Positions 16,499-25,388 of a stretch of DNA of 64,000 nt are shown here, one piece after another. Position numbers and translations under genes: made by a program. Origin of the DNA: Clostridiales bacterium (GTDB lineage Bacteria; Bacillota; Clostridia; Christensenellales; UBA1242); assembly GCA_918292005.1 (NCBI GenBank), contig CAKJZJ010000007.1, forward strand, positions 85,411 to 149,410, written 5' to 3'. The notes under the pieces are model-generated. The model was not told the DNA's origin. It worked only from the letters and a program-made list of their open reading frames with translations, and made no database searches. Numbering within the stretch: the stretch's first letter is position 1; the number at the start of each line of letters is the position of its first letter.

Positions 16499-18124
16499 TT
16501 ATTTAATCTCTTCTATTGAATTGGCAGTATAAGTATATATAGGAATTTGCTTTGATGTATGATCGTCAAGTTCAAAACTAACATCATTATATTTACAATC
16601 AAAGAAAAGTTGGAATAGGTATTCATTACCAATAGTATCCAAAATAGAAATTACCATATCAAACTCTTTAGCATAAATATAATTTAATAGTTTAATATGA
16701 AAGACTTGCCCCTTTTCAATAAAATTATAACAACTAATATTAATAACATTTTCGTTTATAATAATTTTATCAACAATTATATTTGAGTTGTTTGAATTCT
16801 TAATATATATATCATCTATCTTATAAAAATCGAAACCTAATTCTTTTTTTATATCTATTATTTCATTTTGTGACTTAAAGTCTATGCTTTTGTTTTGATT
16901 TTCGTCTATAGAAAATAACAAACTTTTATTTGTCTTATTAGAAATATTGACAAATGGCTTAAATGCCATTTTATTTTCTTTTTGTTTGGTTGTTTCTTGA
17001 TTTTTAATAGTCCAAGCAACACCACCCAACGTTAATCCACCTCCACACAAGGAAGCATATAAAACTATAACGTTCGTAAAGATGTTAGAATCATAAGCAA
17101 ATATTCTATATAAAGTAAAGAAGCCTAAACCAATTGTAAACAAAATTTCAAAAACAACTGCTAAATAAGACATTACATTTCTGTTGTTATTTTGTATAAT
17201 TAGACAATTTTTAATTATAGATACCATCCAGATAAGGGAAGTTATGACTAGCAATATATTTATTACATACGAAGGAATTGGCATATAACTTCCAAAACTT
17301 TCTTCCAAAATAAAAAGCAATAATGATACTGAAAATGCAAGTGCAAGTATATTAAAAGTACCGTTAGTTAATTTCAATGATTTGATTGCTGAGCCAATTC
17401 CAAAGGTAATAACTGACACATTTAAAACCAAAGATATATAAAACACAAAATTTTTTTCAAGTAAAACGATATTGTACAACGGCATTATACAAATAAATTC
17501 AATAAACAAGCACCACACAATATAACATATTGGTTGCCAATAATCAAAAAAATTCCCGTCGTTATTAATACCCTTGACTTTAATGCGTATATACGTATAT
17601 ATAAAATAAAAATTAACTACACTTAAAATAACAGTATATACAATTGAAACGGGAAGTGATTTAAACGCATAGATTATTGCAGTGGAGAAAAAACTCAACA
17701 ATGGAACTAAAATGTTAATCCAAAAAAATATTATTGATTTTTTTTTGTTTGCTATTCTATTATTAGACATTTCTAATTCATTCTTCAACTCTTTAAAAGC
17801 AACGTCTTTAATTTTTTGTTTTTCATTGTTTAATGAGACAAATAGATCTTCAATTAAAACTTTTTGATTTTGTAGTTCATCTTTTAGTTTTTCTCTTGTA
17901 TCAAAATTTTTAGACAATTCTTTTAAATTTTCATCATCTAATTTGTCATAATTATTTAATACCAAATTAATTAATTTAAGATAGTTTTCTAATTTTTTAT
18001 AGTTAGAATCTTTATATTTTGCATCTAAGTCATCTTCGCATTTTTTTATTGTTTCAATTACAGATTTGTTTAATAATTTTGAATCACGATCCTTTATTAA
18101 TTTTATCAATTCTTTTTTATCCAT
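16499..18124 (-). CDS. Hypothetical 541-aa protein: N-terminal coiled coil, ~8 predicted TM helices, C-terminal soluble domain
   Basis: ORF with SD GAGGT. K/E-rich heptad-like first ~125 aa. Long hydrophobic stretches over aa ~130-385. Asn/Ile-rich C-terminus. Confidence 0.7.
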   Translation of the reverse strand: MDKKELIKLIKDRDSKLLNKSVIETIKKCEDDLDAKYKDSNYKKLENYLKLINLVLNNYDKLDDENLKELSKNFDTREKLKDELQNQKVLIEDLFVSLNNEKQKIKDVAFKELKNELEMSNNRIANKKKSIIFFWINILVPLLSFFSTAIIYAFKSLPVSIVYTVILSVVNFYFIYTYIRIKVKGINNDGNFFDYWQPICYIVWCLFIEFICIMPLYNIVLLEKNFVFYISLVLNVSVITFGIGSAIKSLKLTNGTFNILALAFSVSLLLFILEESFGSYMPIPSYVINILLVITSLIWMVSIIKNCLIIQNNNRNVMSYLAVVFEILFTIGLGFFTLYRIFAYDSNIFTNVIVLYASLCGGGLTLGGVAWTIKNQETTKQKENKMAFKPFVNISNKTNKSLLFSIDENQNKSIDFKSQNEIIDIKKELGFDFYKIDDIYIKNSNNSNIIVDKIIINENVINISCYNFIEKGQVFHIKLLNYIYAKEFDMVISILDTIGNEYLFQLFFDCKYNDVSFELDDHTSKQIPIYTYTANSIEEIK

Positions 18125-18370
18125 AGTAACCTCGAATAAATTATAGCACAGTTTTTATTTAATTGCTATACTTCGACTGAAAAATGCTCAAAATGCACCC
18201 AAGCCATAAAATCTCACAAAAGTTCACCATTTGTGCACCGTAGATTTGAAAGGGGTTGCGTTAAAGATACAAAAGTTAGCCGTTTTGATTAAGATATTGC
18301 ACAATTTTGAGTGTAATTTTCAAAATAATTGTGATTTTTGATATGAAATAAGTTAAAATTATATTTTTCC

Positions 18371-18419
18371 ATTGCTCCTAAGCGGAAGGTCTGCAGTTCA
18401 AATCCGCATACTCACACCA
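18371..18419 (+). other. tRNA 3'-end relic (imperfect T-arm, acceptor strand, ACCA)
   Basis: TGCAG-TTCAAAT-CCGCA (one mismatch), then TACTCAC-A-CCA. No 5' acceptor strand upstream. Followed by the terminator AAACAGC..GCTGTTTTTTT. Confidence 0.5.
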
Positions 18420-18505
18420 ATTTAAACAGCTAAATGATGCTGTTTTTTTATTTAACATATATACATTTGAAAATTTTTATGTTATAATAAGAAAGTGAGG
18501 TATCT

Positions 18506-19462
18506 ATGTTAAAAACTGATGAACTAAAATCATTTATAAAAACCACTTGTACAACAATTAAAGATAAACCAATTGATAATATGCAAATGGCTATTTATGC
18601 TTTTTCTCAAAAATATGATGAAAACCAAAATATCTTTAATTATCCTAGTTATAAAATAAATGTCACGGCGGACCAGATAAAATCTTACGCCCAAAATCTC
18701 TTATCAAAAGCAGCGTCCATTATAAATAAGTCCAGTGAAGTAAAAAACTTCAATTACAACAATAGTAAAACAGCAATCGATTTTATTGATCTAGATAATT
18801 CACCATATTCTACCAAAATTGATGATTGTATATCAAAAATCTCAAATGCAGGCATTGTACGATTTTCTGACATTAAAAACATGGCAAATTGCATCGCTAT
18901 ACATATCAAATATGATGATCAAGATATTTATTTGTTCGCTAAAGGGACCCCTTATGTAAAGACACCAAAATTTATATTTATGGTTGATGAAGATGAAGAA
19001 TTAACAACACCAATATCTTATAATTTAAAATTTCCGATGTCTTTATCTGCATGTATTTTAAATAAAGATGTCTATCTTTTTGGAAGTTTGGTAGAATCAA
19101 TATTTGGTTTTGAAAATAGCTTAAAAGAACAAATGAATGAAGCAATGGAAGAAATTTCGTCTGCAAATATATTTGACGATGAGTCTTTTTCTTTACTTAA
19201 GGAATTATCTTCTAAAGGTAAAAATTATTATTGCTATAATAATTTTGACAAAACAAAGTTAGATTCATTAAAAAACGGGAATTCGTATGCAAAGAAATTT
19301 TTAGAAAAATACAATATTGAAAAAAACAGTCAAGGACAATTAATCCTTGACAGCGAAGAAAAACAAAAAATAATGAACAAATTTCTTTGTAATGATTTAA
19401 AAAGAGATTACGTTAACATAGATCAAGTTTACGATGCTCCAGGAAACGATATTATTGATTAA
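18506..19462 (+). CDS. Hypothetical 318-aa protein, possibly DUF4868/KwaB-like (tentative, from remembered family layout only)
   Basis: ORF with SD GTGAGG and an extended -10 TGTTATAAT upstream. Layout ...IHIKYDDQDIYLFAKG...DVYLFGSLVESIFGFENSLKEQ... resembles what I recall of DUF4868 proteins. Confidence 0.6.
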   Translation: MLKTDELKSFIKTTCTTIKDKPIDNMQMAIYAFSQKYDENQNIFNYPSYKINVTADQIKSYAQNLLSKAASIINKSSEVKNFNYNNSKTAIDFIDLDNSPYSTKIDDCISKISNAGIVRFSDIKNMANCIAIHIKYDDQDIYLFAKGTPYVKTPKFIFMVDEDEELTTPISYNLKFPMSLSACILNKDVYLFGSLVESIFGFENSLKEQMNEAMEEISSANIFDDESFSLLKELSSKGKNYYCYNNFDKTKLDSLKNGNSYAKKFLEKYNIEKNSQGQLILDSEEKQKIMNKFLCNDLKRDYVNIDQVYDAPGNDIID

Positions 19463-19992
19463 AAACATATATCATCTTCAAATTCTCTAACCTTCATTGT
19501 TGAATTTAGAGCTATAGGAATATTTGTTAGATAGGTTTTGGAAACCACGCTATCAGTGGTTTCCTTTTTTAATTCAATATTATAAATTTTCCAACCAAAA
19601 ATTTCGATGAAAGGATTAAACAAGTATAAATTATTTTTAAAAAATAAGACAGCAATAATGAATATCATGATCACTGTAAAAACAATAAGTCCAATATTGT
19701 CAAAGCTAAAAGCTATCAAAGGAAATATATTAGTTACTATAAAATTCAGAGAAGAAGTCCTATCTCTTGTTATTCTTACAATTGTGTATTTATTATCATC
19801 AAATGAGTATTTTTTTGATGTCTTTTTTATAATAGTAGTTAAAATTAACCCTGAAACAACTTGTAAACAAACAACCCCTATTAAAATGCCACGTAATATC
19901 CATGAATATGAATCAATAAGACTTAAAATTAAAATATATACACCAAACGGTAAAAAATTGCTTAGAAAAGAAAATAATTTACTCCAAAACAT
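19459..19992 (-). CDS. Small membrane protein, 4 predicted TM helices (177 aa)
   Basis: ORF with SD TAGGAG and TATGTTATAAT upstream on the minus strand. Its stop codon overlaps the stop of the convergent gene. Confidence 0.65.
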   Translation of the reverse strand: MFWSKLFSFLSNFLPFGVYILILSLIDSYSWILRGILIGVVCLQVVSGLILTTIIKKTSKKYSFDDNKYTIVRITRDRTSSLNFIVTNIFPLIAFSFDNIGLIVFTVIMIFIIAVLFFKNNLYLFNPFIEIFGWKIYNIELKKETTDSVVSKTYLTNIPIALNSTMKVREFEDDICF

Positions 19993-20043
19993 AGTTTACT
20001 CCTATAAAAATATTATAACATAAAAAATTTAAAATTGCACTAC

Positions 20044-20220
20044 TTACTCAAAGATTTTATTTGTCTTTTCACTGGCATGAATATCACTATTCTTTAAGAA
20101 GTGGCTATAGAAGTCGCTGGTGGTTGAAGCTTTGCTGTGACCAGCTCTAGCTGATACAGTTTTCATATCTACACCAGCCATTAGTTGCAAAGTTATGTTT
20201 GTGTGGCGAAGATTTATAAT
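20044..20220 (-). pseudogene. C-terminal stub of a tyrosine recombinase (phage integrase family)
   Basis: NLRHTNITLQLMAGVDMKTVSARAGHSKASTTSDFYSHFL carries the RH..., GH and catalytic Y box. Everything N-terminal is missing, and the stub abuts a terminator hairpin. Confidence 0.7.
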
Positions 20221-20234
20221 TGCTATGATAAAAC

Positions 20235-20262
20235 AAAAAACCACCAGGGTATGGTGGTTTTT
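20235..20262. terminator. Bidirectional hairpin terminator at the island/core boundary
   Basis: AAAAAA-CCACCA-GGGTA-TGGTGG-TTTTT. Confidence 0.6.
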
Positions 20263-20609
20263 ATTGGGTGAAGGACAGGGTGGCAGATGGGATTGGGAAA
20301 AGGTAGGTGGCGTCTAGCAGGCTAATATATTGTGGTGCAGATGGAGTAATAATAGGAAATGCTAATGTGGTGGAGATGCAGGTGGTATTATGGGGTAAAA
20401 ATAATTTTTGGTATATGGTGGTATTGCCATAATGTGCGATCAATAGCAATTCGCACGAATGCACACATATGCACATTCTATACCGATGTGTCTTTACCCT
20501 GCATCTAGATATTATTTCGTGGCAATTCTCATATACTATTATTTCATACGGGATTTTATTGGATAATATCTCAAAGTTTATTAATTGTGTTTTACACATA
20601 TTTTATCCA

Positions 20610-21191
20610 TTAACTATTGTTTGTTTCGTTTTCATCGTTTTCTGGTTCAAATTTCAGTACAGCATCTTTGACAGGGAGTCCTGTATATGTGGCGTCGGTG
20701 AGAGTAAATGTCTGCTCGGTGGTATTCAGGTTGTTTAAAATATATTCTGTCTGCGTTTCATCTCCCATTCCTACAGTGAATACATCTGGATAGATGTCGT
20801 GAGAGCTATCCGAAGTCAGTTGTTTGAAATACAGGGTGTATGGGTTCTCTGGTGATCCATAGGGAACTTTAGTGAATGTGGCTGTACCACTAGAGTCGAT
20901 AGTCGCTGGAGAGCCGTACTGTGTTTCTCCAGTAGAGTCGGTCATTACGACACTACCACTGGTGATAGGTGTGCCACCAGCTGCTCCCGTTTCATTGAAA
21001 ATGATGGTGAGTGTGCCAGATGCTTCTAGAGTAAAGGTGCCAGAGCCTGATGGTGATTGTGCTGTATATGTGGTTGGAGACAGGGTGGTGCTGTCATAAC
21101 CTGGTGCGTATGTCGCAGAAACGGTATAATTCCCGGGTGCCATATTTCCTGTGCCAGAGCCATTGGTGATGGTGATATTATAATTACTCAT
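20610..21191 (-). CDS. Hypothetical Thr/Ser/Gly-rich beta-rich protein (193 aa)
   Basis: ORF. ATG 21191 (MSNYNITITNG) with AAAGGA upstream is preferred over the track start 21242. No signal peptide seen. Confidence 0.6.
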   Translation of the reverse strand: MSNYNITITNGSGTGNMAPGNYTVSATYAPGYDSTTLSPTTYTAQSPSGSGTFTLEASGTLTIIFNETGAAGGTPITSGSVVMTDSTGETQYGSPATIDSSGTATFTKVPYGSPENPYTLYFKQLTSDSSHDIYPDVFTVGMGDETQTEYILNNLNTTEQTFTLTDATYTGLPVKDAVLKFEPENDENETNNS

Positions 21192-21334
21192 AATTAATCC
21201 TTTTGGATAGAATAGTCTACCCATCCCATGATATTCTAGCAATTATTATTTTGTGCATGGTGTTTGGGTGAAAATATTTAAAAAACTCGCTTTATTTAGC
21301 ATACAAATAAAAATGTATGTGGTATAATGTGGGT

Positions 21335-21736
21335 ATGGAAAACGAGAATAGAAGAAAAATAGAGGTGGTGGCAGCCATCATAATAGAGAATGGTAAACTT
21401 TTTGCAACACAAAGGGGCTATGGAGACTTTAAAGATGGCTGGGAATTCCCTGGTGGCAAAATGGAGCCAGGGGAAACCAAGGAGCAGGCATTGGCTAGAG
21501 AACTTAGGGAAGAGTTGGAAATAAAAGTGGAGGTAGGAAAACTCATAAAAACCATTGAATATGATTATCCTAAATTTCATCTAACCATGCATTGTATGCT
21601 CACAAAAATACTAGACGGAGTACCTAAACTACTAGAACATGAAGATGCTACATGGGTAGATAAAAACACCATAGATACACTTGCTTGGCTACCTGCAGAT
21701 ATTGGTATTATTCCAGACATAAAAAGGCTTTTATGA
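21335..21736 (+). CDS. NUDIX hydrolase (MutT/NudG-like)
   Basis: Nudix box GGKMEPGETKEQALARELREELEI. TGGTATAAT at 21320-21328 lies inside the track ORF start. ATG 21335 would therefore be leaderless or near-leaderless; the alternative start is 21317. Confidence 0.8.
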   Translation: MENENRRKIEVVAAIIIENGKLFATQRGYGDFKDGWEFPGGKMEPGETKEQALARELREELEIKVEVGKLIKTIEYDYPKFHLTMHCMLTKILDGVPKLLEHEDATWVDKNTIDTLAWLPADIGIIPDIKRLL

Positions 21737-22042
21737 TAAATATATACAAAAGTCTATATGTTTTATTACACACGCTTTAGGCGTGTTGTTTTTATGCTTT
21801 GTGTTAGTTTTTGGTTGTATATGTGTGTTTTGTGGCAATTACATAATACTTTATGCCATTAATTGTGATATTTGAATTGTGGCTGGTATTGAATAAAATG
21901 CTAAAATATTTTGCGTCTAGTATTTACTTTTGCTGTATTTTATGATATAATATGGACGATCTAAATATGTTTTGTGTGCGTATGCATGCATAAAAACTAT
22001 TACAATCTTCTGTGATAAAACATTATGGAGAAGGTGAGAATT

Positions 22043-22789
22043 ATGGATAAGAGTTTGTGGAAACAATTCGGAGAACTTAATAGAAAATACCACGATGCCA
22101 GAGATAATAGAGTGGGCAGAGGAGAATGGTGTAGATCTGAATCTTCTAAGCTCAAAGCTGATTATGATAGACAGATTGCCGATCTAGAATCGGAGTATAA
22201 AAAGAAACTACACGATCTAGAAGTAGAGAAGGCCAATGCTCTAAAAACTGTTACACGTTCTAGTGATTATTATGGCGCTATTGAATCTGAAGAGAGTAGC
22301 AAAAAAGCACTACAAAGTGTTGCTAGTGAATTGGTAGCAAATGAGTTTATATCCAATAAGGATATGTGTGATATTTTATCTTCTACTACCGGTAGGCTGT
22401 GGAAAATTTTGAATATTTCTGGTCCAGCAATTTATGATGCTGTGACTCGTTCTTTGGAAGATAGGGTTGGTATAGTGTGTGTTAATCATGAAGATCCACA
22501 ATTTAGTCGTAAGGTGTATCTAACTAAGACAGACGCTACTCCTAATACAGTAAATTGCAAAGTGCTACTAGAGGGTGGCATTGAGGATTCTGAAGGCTTT
22601 GTGGAGAAAACAAACAATTTGAACTGGACTGCAATTTTAATTGATTATATGAGTGGTGCTACAGATTTTCAGAGAACTGTCAATGGTATAGTATTAGCGC
22701 CTACCGATATGAAAGTATTTAGATCTCTAATATTGGATTCGCTAGCTGCACATCTGGGGATTATATCTGGGGGTAAAACAAAAGAATAA
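22043..22789 (+). CDS. Hypothetical protein with N-terminal coiled coil
   Basis: ORF. GGAGAAGGTGAG precedes ATG 22043; the track start 22025 lies within that SD. Confidence 0.6.
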   Translation: MDKSLWKQFGELNRKYHDARDNRVGRGEWCRSESSKLKADYDRQIADLESEYKKKLHDLEVEKANALKTVTRSSDYYGAIESEESSKKALQSVASELVANEFISNKDMCDILSSTTGRLWKILNISGPAIYDAVTRSLEDRVGIVCVNHEDPQFSRKVYLTKTDATPNTVNCKVLLEGGIEDSEGFVEKTNNLNWTAILIDYMSGATDFQRTVNGIVLAPTDMKVFRSLILDSLAAHLGIISGGKTKE

Positions 22790-22801
22790 TGGTAAAGTTT
22801 A

Positions 22802-22828
22802 AGAATGGCATTTGCCATTCTTTTTTTT
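22802..22828 (+). terminator. Intrinsic terminator, copy 1 of an identical 26-nt element
   Basis: AGAATGGCATTTGCCATTCT plus a T-run. Identical at 50465-50490. Confidence 0.7.
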
Positions 22829-22959
22829 GCACACTTATTGATTTTGTGGCATATAAATATTAGGCAAAATGGTGAAGGGAATATTGTACAAAATCATTTT
22901 TAGTTTTGACTAATGTATGATATACTATTTGGAACAAAAACAGGGAGAATGAATAATAT

Positions 22960-23844
22960 ATGGATTTAGTAATAATGGCTGCTGGTATGGGTAGCAGATT
23001 TGGTGGATTGAAACAAATAGAACCTATCGACGAGTACAAAAATTTTATTATCGACTATTCTATCTATGATGCTATTAAATATGGCTTTGATAGGGTTGTT
23101 TTTATAATTAAAAAAGAGAATTATGAAATATTTAGAGAGACCGTTGGTAAACGTGTCGAGGGTAGAATAAAGGTAGAATATGTATTCCAGGGTGGTCTGG
23201 ATGCTTATCCTGGTAGAGTGAAGCCTTGGGGTACTGCTCATGCAATTCTATGTTGCAAAGATGTGGTAAAAGACAATTTCGCAATAATAAATGCTGACGA
23301 CTTTTATGGCGAAGATGCTTTTAGAAAGGCTACAGAGTATTTGAGACATTTGGATAGAAATTCTACCGACTTTGCAGTAATTGGATATATGGTTCAGAAT
23401 ACGCTCAGTGAGAATGGCTCGGCTAAACGTGGTGTGTGCGAAGTGAAAGATGGATATCTAAGTGGCATTGTTGAGTCTTCTGTACAAAAAGTTGGCAATA
23501 AAATACTCGCTACCCCACTATGTGGTGGAGATGAGTATGAAGTAAGGGTGGGGCAAACAGTGTCTATGAATATGTTTGCTTTTACACCTAAACTATTTGA
23601 ATATCTAGAGAGAGGCTTGGTTGAATTTCTAGAAGAAAACAAAGGCAATCTAGAGAAGTGCGAATATTTGATTCCAGAATTGGTAGGACATTTGATTCAT
23701 ACTGGTGAAGCAAAAGTAAAAGTATTGGATACCACTGCAGTATGGTATGGTGTTACATACAAAGAGGATAAAGACAAAGTGGTTGCTAGCATAAAAGGTC
23801 TAGTAGATGCTGGTGTATACCCAGCAGGACTGTGGAAAAAATAA
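22960..23844 (+). CDS. Sugar-phosphate nucleotidyltransferase family protein
   Basis: N-terminal MAAGMGSRFGGLKQ (GxGxR signature) and NADDFYG. Confidence 0.7.
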   Translation: MDLVIMAAGMGSRFGGLKQIEPIDEYKNFIIDYSIYDAIKYGFDRVVFIIKKENYEIFRETVGKRVEGRIKVEYVFQGGLDAYPGRVKPWGTAHAILCCKDVVKDNFAIINADDFYGEDAFRKATEYLRHLDRNSTDFAVIGYMVQNTLSENGSAKRGVCEVKDGYLSGIVESSVQKVGNKILATPLCGGDEYEVRVGQTVSMNMFAFTPKLFEYLERGLVEFLEENKGNLEKCEYLIPELVGHLIHTGEAKVKVLDTTAVWYGVTYKEDKDKVVASIKGLVDAGVYPAGLWKK

Positions 23845-23860
23845 TTGATGGAAATATGGC

Positions 23861-24298
23861 ATGGATGAATTTGATGAATACAAGTACCTATTAGGAGAGA
23901 CTATCATGCTCTACCAGTTTGTAGAGAATGATTTGAAACTAATCTATGCGGGGCTAATGGATGGTAATTATTACCAAAATATTGAGAAAGTAAGGTCGAC
24001 TTTTAAAGGTCTAGGTCAGGTAATTCAGGCCCTAGAGGCTCTAGATAATAGTGATGGTAGACCATATTTCAATAGAGAGACGTACGACCTGCTGAGTAGG
24101 CTTGCTAGATACAGAAATTTCTACTGCCATCAATGTTGTGTGGAATTTTGCTACAATCCAGACTTTAGGAATTCGGCAGAGTTTAAAGATGGCTTTGAAA
24201 AATTAAAAAGAACCAACGAAAGCATTAAATATGTGCAAGAGCAGACACAGAGATTTAGATTAGATGTGCTCCAAAGGTTCAAAGGAATTAGACAATAA
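23861..24298 (+). CDS. Hypothetical 145-aa helical protein with an Rx4-6H (HEPN-like) motif
   Basis: ORF 16 nt after the upstream gene. Contains LARYRNFYCHQ. Confidence 0.55.
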   Translation: MDEFDEYKYLLGETIMLYQFVENDLKLIYAGLMDGNYYQNIEKVRSTFKGLGQVIQALEALDNSDGRPYFNRETYDLLSRLARYRNFYCHQCCVEFCYNPDFRNSAEFKDGFEKLKRTNESIKYVQEQTQRFRLDVLQRFKGIRQ

Positions 24299-24304
24299 AA
24301 ATAT

Positions 24305-24332
24305 AAAAAACCACCATAATGGTGGTTTTTTT
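24305..24332. terminator. Bidirectional hairpin terminator between convergent genes
   Basis: AAAAAA-CCACCA-TAA-TGGTGG-TTTTTTT. Confidence 0.65.
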
Positions 24333-24341
24333 GTGTGTGTA

Positions 24342-25256
24342 TTATTTTTGTTTTTTCTCTTTTCTTCTTTTATCGTTAATAATACTTAGAGCATTTTCGT
24401 CTATTAAGGATATTCCTTCTTCTTTTGCTATATTTACCATTTGTGTCAATGCGGCTTTTAGGAATATTCTTGGTATTTTGGTTAGTTTTGCACATGCTTC
24501 GTCGGTAAATTTTACTTCAGGATCAATTCTAGATGCAGCATATTTTACCGAATTGACGTCGCCTTCTTTTGCCTGTATTTTTTCGGCAATAGGGCGTTTA
24601 AATTTGGTGTACCAGAAATTGGTGCTATCTCTATAGCCGTAGTCTACAGGGACATTTGGGAATCCACCTGCTTTGACTCCATCAATTATAGTATTGTAGT
24701 ACTTCTCTTGCATCCAGATTTTGTCTATCTTTAAAATAAAGTGTGCGCCAAATTTGCTAGTAATACCATTGAAATTTTTGTATGGTTCTGGATATCCTTC
24801 CAATTCTCCTGCTTTACATTCGTAGGCGTTTTCTAAAGAATCATCCCATGTGCATTCGAATACTTGGAATGCTTCGCCCACGTATTTTGGTCGGTCTTTG
24901 CCCAGGGTGCTATCTACTAGGGTAAATAGGCAGTCTTTCATTTTTTCGCTAGTAGTGTCTCCGGGGAAGCCTAGTCGTACGGCTTCTTTAAAATACTTTC
25001 TATTGTCGGGAATAAAGGATAAAGTTACCTTTTTTCTTTTTAAAATATTCTGTGCAGTATTAGAACTATTACGACATTCTAATAGCATGGCATAATAATC
25101 TTTGCCGGCGATATAGTAGGGGAAACATAATGAATATGAGCCTAGATTGGTCTGTCCGTCATCTGCTAGTGTGCCTGCCAGAATGGTTGGCATTGGAAAA
25201 AATGCACTAGTTTGATAGAAATTATCTACTATTCTCAAATCTTTAAAATTACTCAT
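24342..25256 (-). CDS. Flavin reductase-like (FMN-binding split-barrel) protein with a C-terminal extension (tentative)
   Basis: FFPMPTILAGTLADDGQTNLGSYS resembles the flavin reductase-like domain N-terminus. Good SD context. Confidence 0.45.
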   Translation of the reverse strand: MSNFKDLRIVDNFYQTSAFFPMPTILAGTLADDGQTNLGSYSLCFPYYIAGKDYYAMLLECRNSSNTAQNILKRKKVTLSFIPDNRKYFKEAVRLGFPGDTTSEKMKDCLFTLVDSTLGKDRPKYVGEAFQVFECTWDDSLENAYECKAGELEGYPEPYKNFNGITSKFGAHFILKIDKIWMQEKYYNTIIDGVKAGGFPNVPVDYGYRDSTNFWYTKFKRPIAEKIQAKEGDVNSVKYAASRIDPEVKFTDEACAKLTKIPRIFLKAALTQMVNIAKEEGISLIDENALSIINDKRRKEKKQK

Positions 25257-25388
25257 AAATTAACTCCTAAAAATTGTTATTACATAGATATTCTAGCACA
25301 TTTAAAAATATTTCTAAATGAATTTGATTATACTTATGCAAATTAAACAAAAAACACTCCGGTTTATATTCTAGGAGTGTTTTATATT

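Noticed and set aside
20261-20738. Track ORFs 20261-20599 (-) and 20469-20738 (+).
   Set aside because: They show no SD, an odd composition (Cys/His/Ile-rich) and no motifs. One overlaps the 3' end of the real gene at 20610-21191. The region was treated as non-coding.
22960-24298. Classical HEPN-MNT toxin-antitoxin pair.
   Set aside because: The nucleotidyltransferase is a ~290-aa sugar-phosphate NTase (GxGxR), not a minimal pol-beta-fold MNT. Only the HEPN-like motif is kept, as a low-confidence observation.
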